Below, piece after piece: positions 25,601 through 37,252 of a stretch of 64,000 nucleotides of DNA. Source of the stretch: Klebsormidium nitens. Taxonomy: Eukaryota; Plantae; Klebsormidiophyceae. The DNA is taken from NCBI GenBank assembly GCA_000708835.1, contig DF236954.1:108647-172646 (forward strand), read 5' to 3'. A program made the position numbers and the translations under genes. How positions within the stretch are numbered: position 1 is the stretch's first letter; each line of letters begins with the position of its first letter. The notes beneath the pieces were generated by a model. The model saw only the letters and a list, made by a program, of their open reading frames with translations, had not been told where the DNA came from and searched no databases.

Positions 25601-28569
25601 TGTTGGATCGAGTGATATATTTTGCTGTTGCTGTACGGGGCTGATCTTTAGATCCGGGTTACCGAGGCCTGTTTTTTGCGATCTGAATCGTCAGCAGATC
25701 AAGTGTCCGCTGCATGGGCGAGCTTCACGAAAGGGGCTTCGAATTGGCGCACGCTTTTTTCAATCTGTTCATAGAATCGGATAAATTCTGCAGAACGCTG
25801 CAATGACAGAATTGTCGCACGTTACAACATCGTGGAACAAATCATGGCTTTGTTTCTGGGCGAGGAGCGGAACAAGGAAGCCGGGGTCGTCCCACCGAAG
25901 CCTTCCTCCTATGATCGCCTGAACTCTCTTAGCTTGCGAGTCCTGCAGCCGAGACGAAAGCTGTTAATCGAATAAAGAGCGGTCAAAGCGTAGACAATTG
26001 AAAATCTGGTCGGTATGGTTCCCTAAGGAAACTTTGAGTAGGGGTGTGCCCACCTTTCTCTTTGCGAGGAAAGAAAAAAGAAAAACAAGAGAACAAGTGC
26101 CACCTTGTCCTCCTCAGGAGTGCAAACCACGGTGCATTCATCGAGACGTGAAGCTGAGCAACATCCTGCTGGCCAACGATTTCGAACCCAAGCTGGCCGA
26201 CTTCGGACTGGCAAGGCGGACGGACCCACAGGACACACACGTCACCACAGGTCAGTGTCTCTGTCTTGAAGGTAGCACGCACAGTAGTCGGTGGTTCAGC
26301 TCGTCCAGCGCAAGCGCATCCGGCGCATTCCTTTCCGAGAGGTATGATGATGTAGGCATGATGTGAACCCGAATGTTTGCTTTCTACTCAATCATTCTCC
26401 GGCTTGTGCTAAAGAAAGAACTCCTGTGGGTGCAATCCAGATCTTTACCTTTCTAACCATGCTCTGCGAAGCTTCCCAAAAGGTTGAGTATTGCCCTTAC
26501 CAATTTGTCTTAGTCTCAGCATGTTTGATGCTGAGAAGCGCCGAGCGAATCACGCTTGATCTCTTTCCCCCATCTTTTTATTGGTCGTCACCCCCTGTCG
26601 CGCGCTTCTATCATCAGCGACCACTTTCCAGTGTATCTTGCTTCGTTGCCTGCAGCGATCGCCGGCACGTGGGGCTACTTGAGCCCCGAGTACATGGCCA
26701 CCGGGAAGCTCACCGAGAAGAGTGACGTGTACAGCTTCGGGGTGGTGCTGCTCTGCCTCGTGGCCGGGCGACGGCCCACTCAATCCAACGCACCAGAAGA
26801 GCAAGTACATATTTTGAAGGCACGTTCTTCGTCGTTTGCTCGAAAAGTATCTGAGTGAGGTTTATAAAGACGTCTTCTTTTGAGGATTCCACGCAATGCC
26901 CCTTCATTTGATTTGTACAAAAAGACCTAGGGTTGAAACGATGTACCTCCCGCTCATTCGAAGGTGATTGCCCTTTCACCCGAGTAGAAGATGCTGACTA
27001 AGATTCATTTCAAAGTCCGCAACACTGGCGGAACTTGTTCAAAGTTACTCACTTAGACCAAGTTCATGTAGTGCGCTGCAATTTAGCCCGGTGGAACCAT
27101 CTTTCAACAGGGTCTCGTTTTCGTTTCGTTTCCATGACGCAAGCATTCTCGGCAAGGGGATCCGGCTACCCCACATCTCCCCGCAGGGAAAAAGTTGTCG
27201 TCGGTCAACTTTAAGCCCCTTCCCGACTTCCATTTACCTCCAACAAATACGGTTTGCGAAACCAACAGAAGGTGACCCGGTTCTAAAAGCGCTACTTACA
27301 ATCCGCCAGATTCACCTGGCGGAATGGGCGTGGGCCCTGGCGGAACGGAGCGAGCTCGAGCAGCTGATCGACCCGCGGCTCGAGGGGGAGCGACACGAGT
27401 TCGCGGCGAACATGGAGCGCATGACTAAGGTGAGGAGTCGCTTCACCTTTTGCATTTTCCGTTCTGCACCACGTGAGAGCCAGCCGTGTGTCTGCTCTTG
27501 GAAGATGCGCAGGGAACAATTAAGAGTAACCCCGATTGCAAGGCAGTACTTGCCACATCGCCGCGGACGTAATCACGTGGCATCGGAGAAGCGCAATGCG
27601 CTGTTCTCTCTGTAGTCGCCGGAACAGAATCGGTCCCCCGACGCCGAAGTCGTCTTTGTTGTGACTTGAAGGTCACAGGTCGCTTTCAGTCTTGATCTGG
27701 GGTTGGCGCAGCTTTTGCTGTCGCCGAATTGGAGTTGCGTTGTAGGACGTTACGGAGCTCGCAAGTGAAGCTGGCTAAGAACTCATCGTCTCTGGAGCCC
27801 TTTAAACGGAGCCTTTTTGCCTAGTCAGGCCCTTTCTGACGTCTTTTCTCGCGTCCATTAAGCTGGTCGGGTGCTTTTGGTTCGCCAAGAGCTCGAGAGG
27901 CGTTGACATGGAATTTCCGCCGACATGTATAGAGGCAGCACTGCGTGCATTGCATTCGCCCTAAGATGTCTGTGTCAGCTTTTTCCGGGCGCTAGAAGTA
28001 TGGCTGGCGATTCCTGTTCCATTACTCTCACGTCCTGAGAATCGGCTAATCTAGTTTTTCAACTAAGAAGTCTCCTTTCAACTTTAAAGATTTCGGTGGA
28101 GTCTTCGATCCGCTGCGCAACGGACATGCCACGTCCTTCAAGCGAAGTCGGCGCCCATCCTCAATTTTGAATCAGATGAGGCCACAGTTCTGCAGCTCCG
28201 TTCCACTCGCCAATCATGCGCAAGCTGTAAGAATCTCCTTTTTTACTGTTCTTCTCCTTCCCGTCCTCGATACTTTCCAAGTCTGAACCTCCCGTGGTTT
28301 GCCGTCATCTGCAGGTTGCCCTGCTGTGCGTCCACACGGCGGCCAGCGTCCGGCCCAGCATGCGGCAGTGCGCGGACATGCTCATGGGACGAATGGAGGT
28401 CCCCCGACTCCCGAGGCGGCTTCCCTCCCTCTATACAGTCTCCTCGTTGGCATCGTCTGATCCCGAAAGTTCAGCGGGGCTCTCCTCGGGGCAACTGAGC
28501 TCGATCCTAAGCAGGGGCGCCGGGATTTTGTCCATGTCAAGTGACTACGACCCGAAAAGCGTCCCGTAA
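19667..28569 (+). CDS. Receptor-like Ser/Thr kinase RLK-A (RLK/Pelle) with signal peptide, two tandem 12-Cys SPARK-like ectodomains, TM and RD kinase
   Basis: 11 exons: 19667-19895/19904, 20502-20668, 20999-21152, 21516-21641, 22038-22306, 23013-23780, 24383-24474, 25055-25226, 26118-26250, 26656-26804, 27310-27429, then last exon 28315-28569 (12 including the last). Signal peptide [16 protein letters not shown]; [28 protein letters not shown]; kinase motifs [58 protein letters not shown]. Confidence 0.93.
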
Positions 28570-29760
28570 GGATTGGTTGCTTTTTCAATGGCCCGTCATC
28601 TGCGACTTCAAAACACCAAGAGGTGTTCACGGCTTCTGGCTTTCTGAGCGACGAGGCCACATAATTTCAAAGCTACACAAGTATAGGATTTGTCAAAAAG
28701 GTGTGTAATAGTGAGGATGGTAAAAGCACCACTCGGGTTGATATCAGGCGAGATAATATTACGATACCGTATTATAGTGTCTGTTTAGTTGCAATGGAGG
28801 AAACTCTCGAGGCGTCTTGATTTCCCGGGGCCAGGTAAAAAAAATGGTATTTATTTTCAGAAGTTCAATGCCGTCGATGGATCTTAAGCTGGTACGTGGT
28901 TTGGCCCAATTACAGACAGGTTTCAGTCTGCGACTGGGTACGATGGCGGTAAGCTAGCTGAGCAGATCAGTCTGGGGTTTCCCGGGTTACAATCAATGAT
29001 GTATACTAACACTGATCGGTGCTTGAAGTCAGACTTGCGGTATACGCACACAAACATGCATATGTGAAGTTGATAAGATTGACGCATAATTCGGATGCTT
29101 ATGATGTAGTACAAATGACATGGCACAGCGTAACATGCACACAGAGTTCAAGCTTGGATCAAGATGCACCTTCCAACCGATTCGATCTCACGTTAGTGCA
29201 TGCTGGTTGTGATACATGCGGGCCTGACCCATGTCCCCTTAGACAATTAGGGTCAAGTTTTGAACTGACAACCTGCTTCATTGGAGTTTACACTATAGTG
29301 GACAACATTCCTGGCGCATGTCGGTATAGTGATTCGATGGATAACACCAAATTCTTGACCTGCAATTCACGTAGCAAAGCAACGTGGCTGGTGTAGCAAC
29401 ACCGCCAAATGTGACTGCAGTCAACAGTGTTGTAGCTAGTGAGAATCGGTCACCTTGCCGATCTATGCATGGCCGGCTATAATCGATTAGAGAATCCGAA
29501 GAAGCAATATGCGAGCACTTCTTGACCAGAGACAAGTTCCGAAGTGACGCTATTGACTGCTCTAAGCTATGTTTTGGACAAGCTTTGGACGGAAATTGCT
29601 GTCTTATGTACATGCAAACAAAACTTGGGCGGAACTAGCGAAATAGGGACTCCGGGTAGGATATTGGCGGAACTCGGACTACACTCAACCGGTTGCGCCA
29701 CGATCTCTGGCAGCCTCTCAACTCAATCTTGGTGACGCAGGCTTATGGTACAGATAAGCT

Positions 29761-32700
29761 TCACTTCAACACACCAGGCAAGGGCGTCAGGTCCAGGGTG
29801 GACGGTCCTTCAATGTTTTCACCCTTTTTGTCGAAGCAAGACCCGTGGCAGGGACAGTTCCACTCCTTGTCCGAGGGGTTCCATTGAAGCAAGCAACCGA
29901 GATGCGGGCAGACCGCGCTGTATGCATGAGTCTGGCCCTGCAAGTAGCAGTCAATGCGTGTTATGGTCGGAAAGGACGTTGATGATATATCCCATTTGCT
30001 ATTAAATCTGCGGCCAAGATGATTGCGGAATGGTCGTCTCAAACCCCAAGATCATCGCAAAAACGGCAGGATTGCAGTTGTTCCAGCTTGAACAACAGGG
30101 CATGTATGGTCGCGGGGACCTCCGCCGTTATGGCTTTTGGCACAGCCCCCAGATTGCCATGCATCATATGGCAGCACTGCCTTGCTTATTAATGTCCAAA
30201 GCACACTCATCGCCCCTGGGAATCCATCTCCTTTGACTTGATCACGGGCATTCGCGGGATCAGGTGGGGTCAATCCTGGCACTCTTTACAACAATTGCAA
30301 AATACTTTTAAAAAACAAAAAGTTTGACACGTGACTTGGCTGGCCAGCCCACCTGTGGGTCCTTGTAGACAGCGACCTTGCGCAGGCCCTTCTGGATGGT
30401 GCAGCCCGAGTCTGGGGCCAAGTCCTCAATGTCCTGGTTGCGCAGCTGGGGCGTCACCTGGTTCACAACGCTCTGCATGCAAGCGAAGTGTTGTCACGCT
30501 TTGAACCCGAACCACCGCAAGTGCTTGCCGCAGGTGATGACTGATATGCAAATAGATGGCCGCATGCGAAATACCCACCAGCACAAAGCTGCCACCGCAG
30601 CACAATCAATGCCTCTCCAAGGTGTTTTGAGTGTCAAACAGAATTCTTGTAAGCCACATAACTGCACAGCTTTTGGCTACACAATCTCAGCTATACAATG
30701 TAACAAGTACCAAGGTGCTCACCTGTATTGTGTTCCACAGATACATGGGGTGCAGGGTCGGGATGAACGGCAGGCCCCTCAGCTTGCGCCCGGGGCTGTA
30801 AATGTCAGCGTACGGGTTGGAGCGGCCCAGCACAGCATCTGCAGGCCACAAGAGCACATCTTACCAACAGGACCTCGCCTCGCAGATATGCACCATCAAG
30901 CCAGAAGCCACAGACCGCATGCTTTGTCATCGAACTTGTGTTGCACGCAGTAGGGCGCAGGCAGGAGAGATGCCGCACAAAAGGTAAAACTGCTGCAACT
31001 TTGTGACTTTGAAAATCAGCATCAAGACAACCTTGTTTGAAGCTGAGTTTGGGTGGGGAGTGACGGAGGTTGTTCTCATTCGGGTGTCACTCAAGCTGCT
31101 TACATCTGTGACTCATAAACACCAATCGCGCCAAACTATCGCTTGCGAACCACCGTTACACCAGAAAGGCCCTTTGAACAGTAACACAGAGATTAGAGGG
31201 TAAGGGGGCGGACATAGATACGAGACTGGGCAGAAAGAGCTCATTCCAGCCGCACCTGCGATGATGGTGCCACCCAATGTGCCGCCAGTCAGGACCAGGC
31301 CACAGTCACCCGTCCCCACGTAGACGCCGCTGAAGGGAACCGGGTCTTGGCCGTACATGCCCAGCTTCTCGATTGGCACAGTGATCTGCATAGCAGCCAC
31401 AGGAGCCTTTCAAATCATGCAACAGCGGTTCTGTTCACTATCGAATCAGTTTTGAGTGCTGTGAGGCGTCAGTATGGTTTGTTCCGCATGAACAAGGTTC
31501 ATGCAAGATGCACAGTTAGCCTTTCCCAGAAGCCTGGCCCGTCAGCGCAGATGGTTCGGAATCAGAGGTTACCGACATGCCCACCAGCCCACCACCACCG
31601 CATAGTCTTAGTTGCAAGGTTTCTGTTGTAAGTCTAGCTCCGAAGGGCACTGTGGGCAATATACTGGATATGTCCTTCTGTGAACATGGTAAAGCAGCCA
31701 GTCACTGTCAGAGACACAGTGCCTCACCAAGTAGCGCCACTGCTGCGGGCTGTCTCGCATCTAGAGCCAACGCTTGCATATGCTCGACCTATTCTGCTGC
31801 TGACAGGAACATCGGGCCTCACCGTGTAGCTCCACTGGTGCAGGCGCTCCTGCACCTGGGGCCAGCGTGCGCGCGCATACCGCTCCAGCAGGCCAAATGG
31901 GTCACCATACTCGCCCGGCTTCTTGCCCTGGTCCGTGTCCTGCCCGGCAAAGACGAACTCAATGTTCGAGACAGCGCTTTGATCTAGTAGCGCTTCAATC
32001 TACTAACAGCCAGTTTCATCCCGTTAGCCCGGCAAAGACAAGCTCAATTTTGGAGACAGCGCTTTGATCTAGTGGCGCTTTGATCTAGTGGCGCTTCGAT
32101 CTAGTAACAGCCAACTTCATCCCATTATCCCAAATAGGTCGCCGTGATCGCTCGGCTTTTCACCCTTGTCTACGTTCTGCCAAGCAGTGAATCAACTCGT
32201 AACAGACAGGCGCATACGTCTGATATGACCGCTGAAACCGCAAGTTGCCATACAATCATCCGCAATGACCCTACGTCCCCGATCAGTTCTGTGTCTGGAC
32301 GGGACAACAGAACGCACCGCATAGAGCAAGCAATAAATCTGGAAAAACGGCCTGGTGTACCAGTCTGCACAAGACACCAGATGCCATCGTTGGACAATTC
32401 TTGATGCCCGCAACCGCACTTCGGGCGCTGTAAGGTACCAGCACCTGGCCCAGATCACAATGCCATATCTGCCTTGGCTATGTAATTCCCCACATACCTG
32501 CCCTCCGACGATCATCACGTCATGGGTGCGTCCGCCGTCTGCCAAGTGGACTGTGTGGGGTGGGGACGCGGTGTCGTAGAATATGGCGTCCTTCACAGAA
32601 CCCTTGGGCACCTTCAGCCCGATTGCGAACCTGCAGCCGCATTACGCAGGTGTCATCGCCTAGCCGCAACATGCATCTCGAAAAGTCTTGCAACACGCTT

Positions 32701-34929
32701 GAAAGGAACGGGGATGTCTGCAACAAGCAAGGTACCAGAGGATAAAGGATGAGGCCATCAAGCTGCGCCCAGTTGCTAGCAGCGCAGTGATCCAGCATCT
32801 GAACGGATCAGGTTGATCATGGTACTCCAGCGTTGAACCCCATGCTTGAAACATTCCTGTGGGGCTGCATGGCGCTCAGTCGTAGGCTTCATGCACTTCA
32901 CTGACTGCAATGCGCGCTTACCTCCGTTGAATCCCATGCTTAAAACATTCCTGTGGGGCTGCATGGCGCTCAATCGTAGGCTTCATGCACTTCACTAAAA
33001 GGAATTACGCGCTTACCTCCGGCGGACCACCTGCTTCCCATGCAGTGCAATGGCATGCACTGCAGAGTCCACAAGATTGCTGGTGATGGGGACGCCGGTT
33101 GCCACGACCACTGCCTGCCTGGCTGCCACGCGCTGTCCGCCCATGGTCGTCAGGTTGTTGCTGCTGTACTTGCGCACACGCGTCTTCTCAAAGACCTGTG
33201 CATGTGCACAATGACAAGTCCGTTTTGCGGGGTCGGAGCAGAGGGCCTGCTGGTCAGGATCACATGGTGCATTCCGAATTGGAAAGCAAGAGAGGAGAGA
33301 GAGGAAGCTGTAAATAGAGCGAACTTCTTAGGCGACAGATGCAGCCTGCTGTTGAGGGAGTCTTCAGGCCTACCTCCTCACGAGTTTGGCAACCACCGCA
33401 GCCAGGCATTGGGGCACTGCGAAGGGCCTGCCGCCCCATCAACCGTTATGATGCAAACAAAGCACCGCAGTTGCCTACCTGCCCCCCAGCCTTGACCACT
33501 GCTCCGGCAAGGCCGTTCAGGTACTCCACTGGGTTGAGGACTGCCTGGTTGGGCATCAGCAGACCGGACTTAACGCCACCAACAGCCTGGTTGCCCTCCA
33601 GGTCAACCTGCGGTGCACAGCAACTTGTTCACTGGGGGGGTGTTGACAGCAACCTTGCATGCATGCAGGCAGTTGTGCATCATGTCAGCTTGACCGAGAA
33701 TGAGCTTAAGAAGGCAAGGCTTTCTGAATGCACATATGCAAGTGCTTTGGAGGCCACAATTACTAGCCTCCGCCATCTGGCGCAACATGTCCGCACCTGG
33801 GCGCAATCTCGCAGGCCTGCATTGTGCATCGCTTGCAGCTCGCGCCCAAAGTTGGCGCTGGGGCTGCTCTTTGAGATGATGTACCCATCCACCTCACGGT
33901 AGCTGCAGTCAATGCGCTCCTCCTTGATAATCTGTGGCAGAACATCAAATGGAGCGTATTTGATCTTTAGCTACGATGATGCTGATTGCTGGTAACAAGT
34001 TGGCATACATATATAGGACACCACATGTTTGAGGTGCAATGAGGCAGGTACCAGGCACTGAATCACAGCCAAGCCATGCTAAGTGCATGCTAGAGAAGAC
34101 ACCAGCTACCCCAAGGCATAATGCCATGCAGTCTTGGCCTGTCCCGTGCCATACAGCCACTTTTGAGCCGCAATTGCCCCAGAGGCGTATGCTACAAGGG
34201 GGGGAAGAGCAACTTTTTAGCTGCAATCTCACCTGCTTGACGTGCGCCAGCGCAGCGACCTGGCTCTGGGCCACCAAGCGGGCCTTGTCTGCCCCATACA
34301 TGCTCTCCAGCTTCCCATAGGTGGTGGGGTTGCCATATGTCACGTCACCAGAAGCACGTCCAGTCTGGCCGGCAGCCACAACGCGGCTCTCAAGCACCCC
34401 CACCTTCTTGCCTGCCAGCATGAAAAGCGCAAGGTCAAAGACAAGGTGCTGACACAGAGGTTTAACCGACGCCCTTGCACACACCAGCTATACACGCCAC
34501 CGCAGCTGAGCACGCTGGCGCCTATTTGCAAGGCTATGACGGCTATCAGTAATAAGAGCAGCAATGACACGGAATAGCCACCTCGTGCTGAACAAGGGGC
34601 ACCGTGGCCAATGTAATGCAGGTCCCGCATGTGCCTCTTCAGCGACACCCACCTGCTTTTGCCAAAGCCAAGGCCGCCGTCAAGCCCACCACACCAGCGC
34701 CCACAACGACGACATCGAAAGATGCATCACGGTCCAGGGAGTCGAACCGCATCTGCTGCTGCTGCTGCTTCCAAGGGTTGTCCACCAGACCCGGCAGGCT
34801 GCCTGATCTCTGCTGAGGAGGTGCAACACCCGCCATCACAACAAACCTTCGACCACCCTGTGGCAATCTAATAGCTGCTGACTGCAAGAGCCTAGGCGTC
34901 CCTGTCGTGAGGAAGGTACTAACCAGCAT
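29761..34929 (-). CDS. FAD-dependent oxidoreductase (DadA/PuuB-like) fused to C-terminal Rieske [2Fe-2S] domain, YhfW-like architecture; probable organellar transit peptide
   Basis: Exons 34929-34653, 34411-34233, 33931-33797, 33607-33479, 33195-33017, 32630-32498, 31939-31823, 31385-31256, 30838-30723, 30472-30353, 29937-29761, phase-compatible. FAD motif DVVVVGAGVVGLTAALALAKAGKKVGVLE..GQTGRASG; Rieske boxes VCPHLGC and WNCPCHGSCFD. Confidence 0.92.
31940..32135. repeat. Intronic ~85-bp tandem duplication with nested 16-bp units (GCGCTTTGATCTAGTG), abutting an acceptor
   Basis: CCCGGCAAAGAC..CTCAAT..GAGACAGCGCTTTGATCTAGT..AACAGCCA..TTCATCCC occurs twice. The GCGCTTYGATCTAGTR unit occurs 4-5 times. 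Confidence 0.85.
32830..33020. repeat. ~105-bp tandem duplication that copies a splice donor of the oxidoreductase gene
   Basis: CCCATGCTT(G/A)AAACATTCCTGTGGGGCTGCATGGCGCTCA(G/A)TCGTAGGCTTCATGCACTTCACT occurs twice. The donor context CGGAG|GTAAGCGCG (minus) is at 33016 and again at ~32920. Confidence 0.9.
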
Positions 34930-37252
34930 CAGCTTGCTGGGCTTGGATGAAATGGTGATTCTGTTCAGGTTGCAGGCAGGCAACGGAACCGAAGCCTTTG
35001 TGGCGTGCCGTGGTTCGTGGCCTACTTTGGCCCAACCCAAACGCCTGCAAACGCCTGCCTGCATTTTGATCACAGCAGGACAAGATTCTACATGCAGCTT
35101 TCGGAGCTTCAAATTTCAAAACCTCAAAACTTCCAAAGGCTCTTCAAAGTTTCTTCCTGGCATGCAGAGCCTCATTCATTCGCCACATCACCCTTCAGCT
35201 CGGGGGGGCTGCCGCCCCCCAGAGTCCACCCACTTCTTCCTCTTCTGGCCAACCCACCTAGCTTCTGCACGTAGCGATGGGTTCGATCCATTTGGCAAAC
35301 ATCCGAAACGTGGCTAGCTTTGGCTTCCCACTGCAAAATCTCCTCCGTTTTGCAGTTGAGACGTGGTTTGGAGTTCCTCTTCAAGTTCGTAGCGTTTGGC
35401 GTCCTTCAGTCATTAATCGACGGCTTCCGGCCCATCCTTCTAAAAGAACACCGACATTGCCGTCCTTTTTGCTTGGGTCCTTGCATGCACCGTCAATTGT
35501 AACTCGCGAGAATGGACGGTGTAGATTTCATCTTCTGCGCTGTCCCCCGGGCCCCTCAGCCTTATCCCGACTGCTACCTACAATGCGCTCAATCATGTAG
35601 AATAGGTAGTTGCCTTCATATATTCGTCCGAATCTACGATGCTTTCTGTCCTTTGACGTCGCCAGACTCCAGAGGATTCCAAAAGTTGGAAGTATCAGTT
35701 TATGGTTACTGATTCTCGATGTTCTCGATCTTTTTCAAACGCCGTAGCCACATCATCATTGGGCCATACCGTACTAGGCTTCCATGGCGTACATGGGAAT
35801 TGTTTTGGGTTTTGTTGAACGTCTAGCTACCTAGTCAAAGTCAAAGTGCCGCACATGGTCTCATTTCGCGACCGACCGTTTTACCGGTACGGCATTTACA
35901 AGGTTTTCGAGCACGAAGTATTTCGATTACCTACCGAAATGAGAGGCAATCCTGACTTATGTGTTCGTAGCGTTAAATGGCTGCACAACCTAAGCTGACG
36001 AGATACACCTATCATGCAGAATCTTCATGATAAGTTCTCACTTAGGCTAGTCTTCTGCCCAAAGTCCTACATCTTGGCTAAATGTCTAGATACGGATATC
36101 TATACACAGCTTCGCGAGCACCATTAAAAACCCCTCGAGGGTCCCTTGGCTTTTTAGAATGGGCCCGCCTTTTTCCGAGGGGGAAAAAAGGTATACTCGC
36201 GGCAGCTTCGATGTAGGACAATGGAGAAGACCCGAGGTGCGCCTTGATCTGCAGGGAGAGAAAGATAACACCACAGTACCATAACAATAGTAGCACATTG
36301 GATCAGTCGAAAACTTCCTGCGACCCTGGTCAAGGAATTCAGGATTACATTTTGACGGGTACTAGACATCCCCTGCGACGGGTTACACTGTCGCTAGCAA
36401 GCCCCATGCCTTTTATGGGTACGGGCTTTAATAAGAGATTGAAGGCCCGAGATTAGTACACGAGTTGGAATGAAGCACGTCATCAACATTACCCCTATAT
36501 CAAATAGACATCCTATGCATCATTTCTGACCTCCTTCAGCAACCCTAATGAAGTTTCACAAGAGTGAAGTTCTGGCCACTAGAGGTTGCCATGTCATTGA
36601 CAGCCCCCCTCGGCGGTCCCGCCATACCCGCCGATAGGGGTAGGAGGCCATCATTTCGGCACCGACGAGCTTGGTTCAACCCCTGAGGTACGACCACCGG
36701 CTGCCCCACCCATCGGAGTCTACATGGTATATAGCTGCCCTGCGGCCGACCACAGTGTTAGAGCGAGGCTGCAGCATTGCCCACATGCAGCATGACGCCG
36801 GGTCCTGAAATTGCGCTACCTTCCGTCTACCTTGACACCTTGACAGCCGGCGATGCGTGCACTTGATTGATTCAAGCCCGCCATGTCTGATGGGATACCC
36901 GCGGCATACAGTCGCTAATTCGATGCTGACCAGCCCGCATCTGATAAGACATGTAAGCCGGTGGTACTGGCGTCCAACTGCTTCAGCCGCTTAGCGCCAC
37001 CATAACTAGCTTGCCAGGCTGGCCGGCCAGCCAGGTGCATCCAAGCTTGCTGGCAGCTCCGGCCGGGCAAGCTTTACAGCATTCACTGACCATCCAACAT
37101 GTGCAACTAGGTACATGCTTGAAGAGACGACATTTCCACTGCCAATAGGACGAGGTGACCATCACCTCACAGAACCGCATTCGTGACGTCAGTCTGGAAA
37201 GGATGTCCATCAAGCTGTCGTCTGCAGAGAACCTTGTCTGAAACAACGCACC

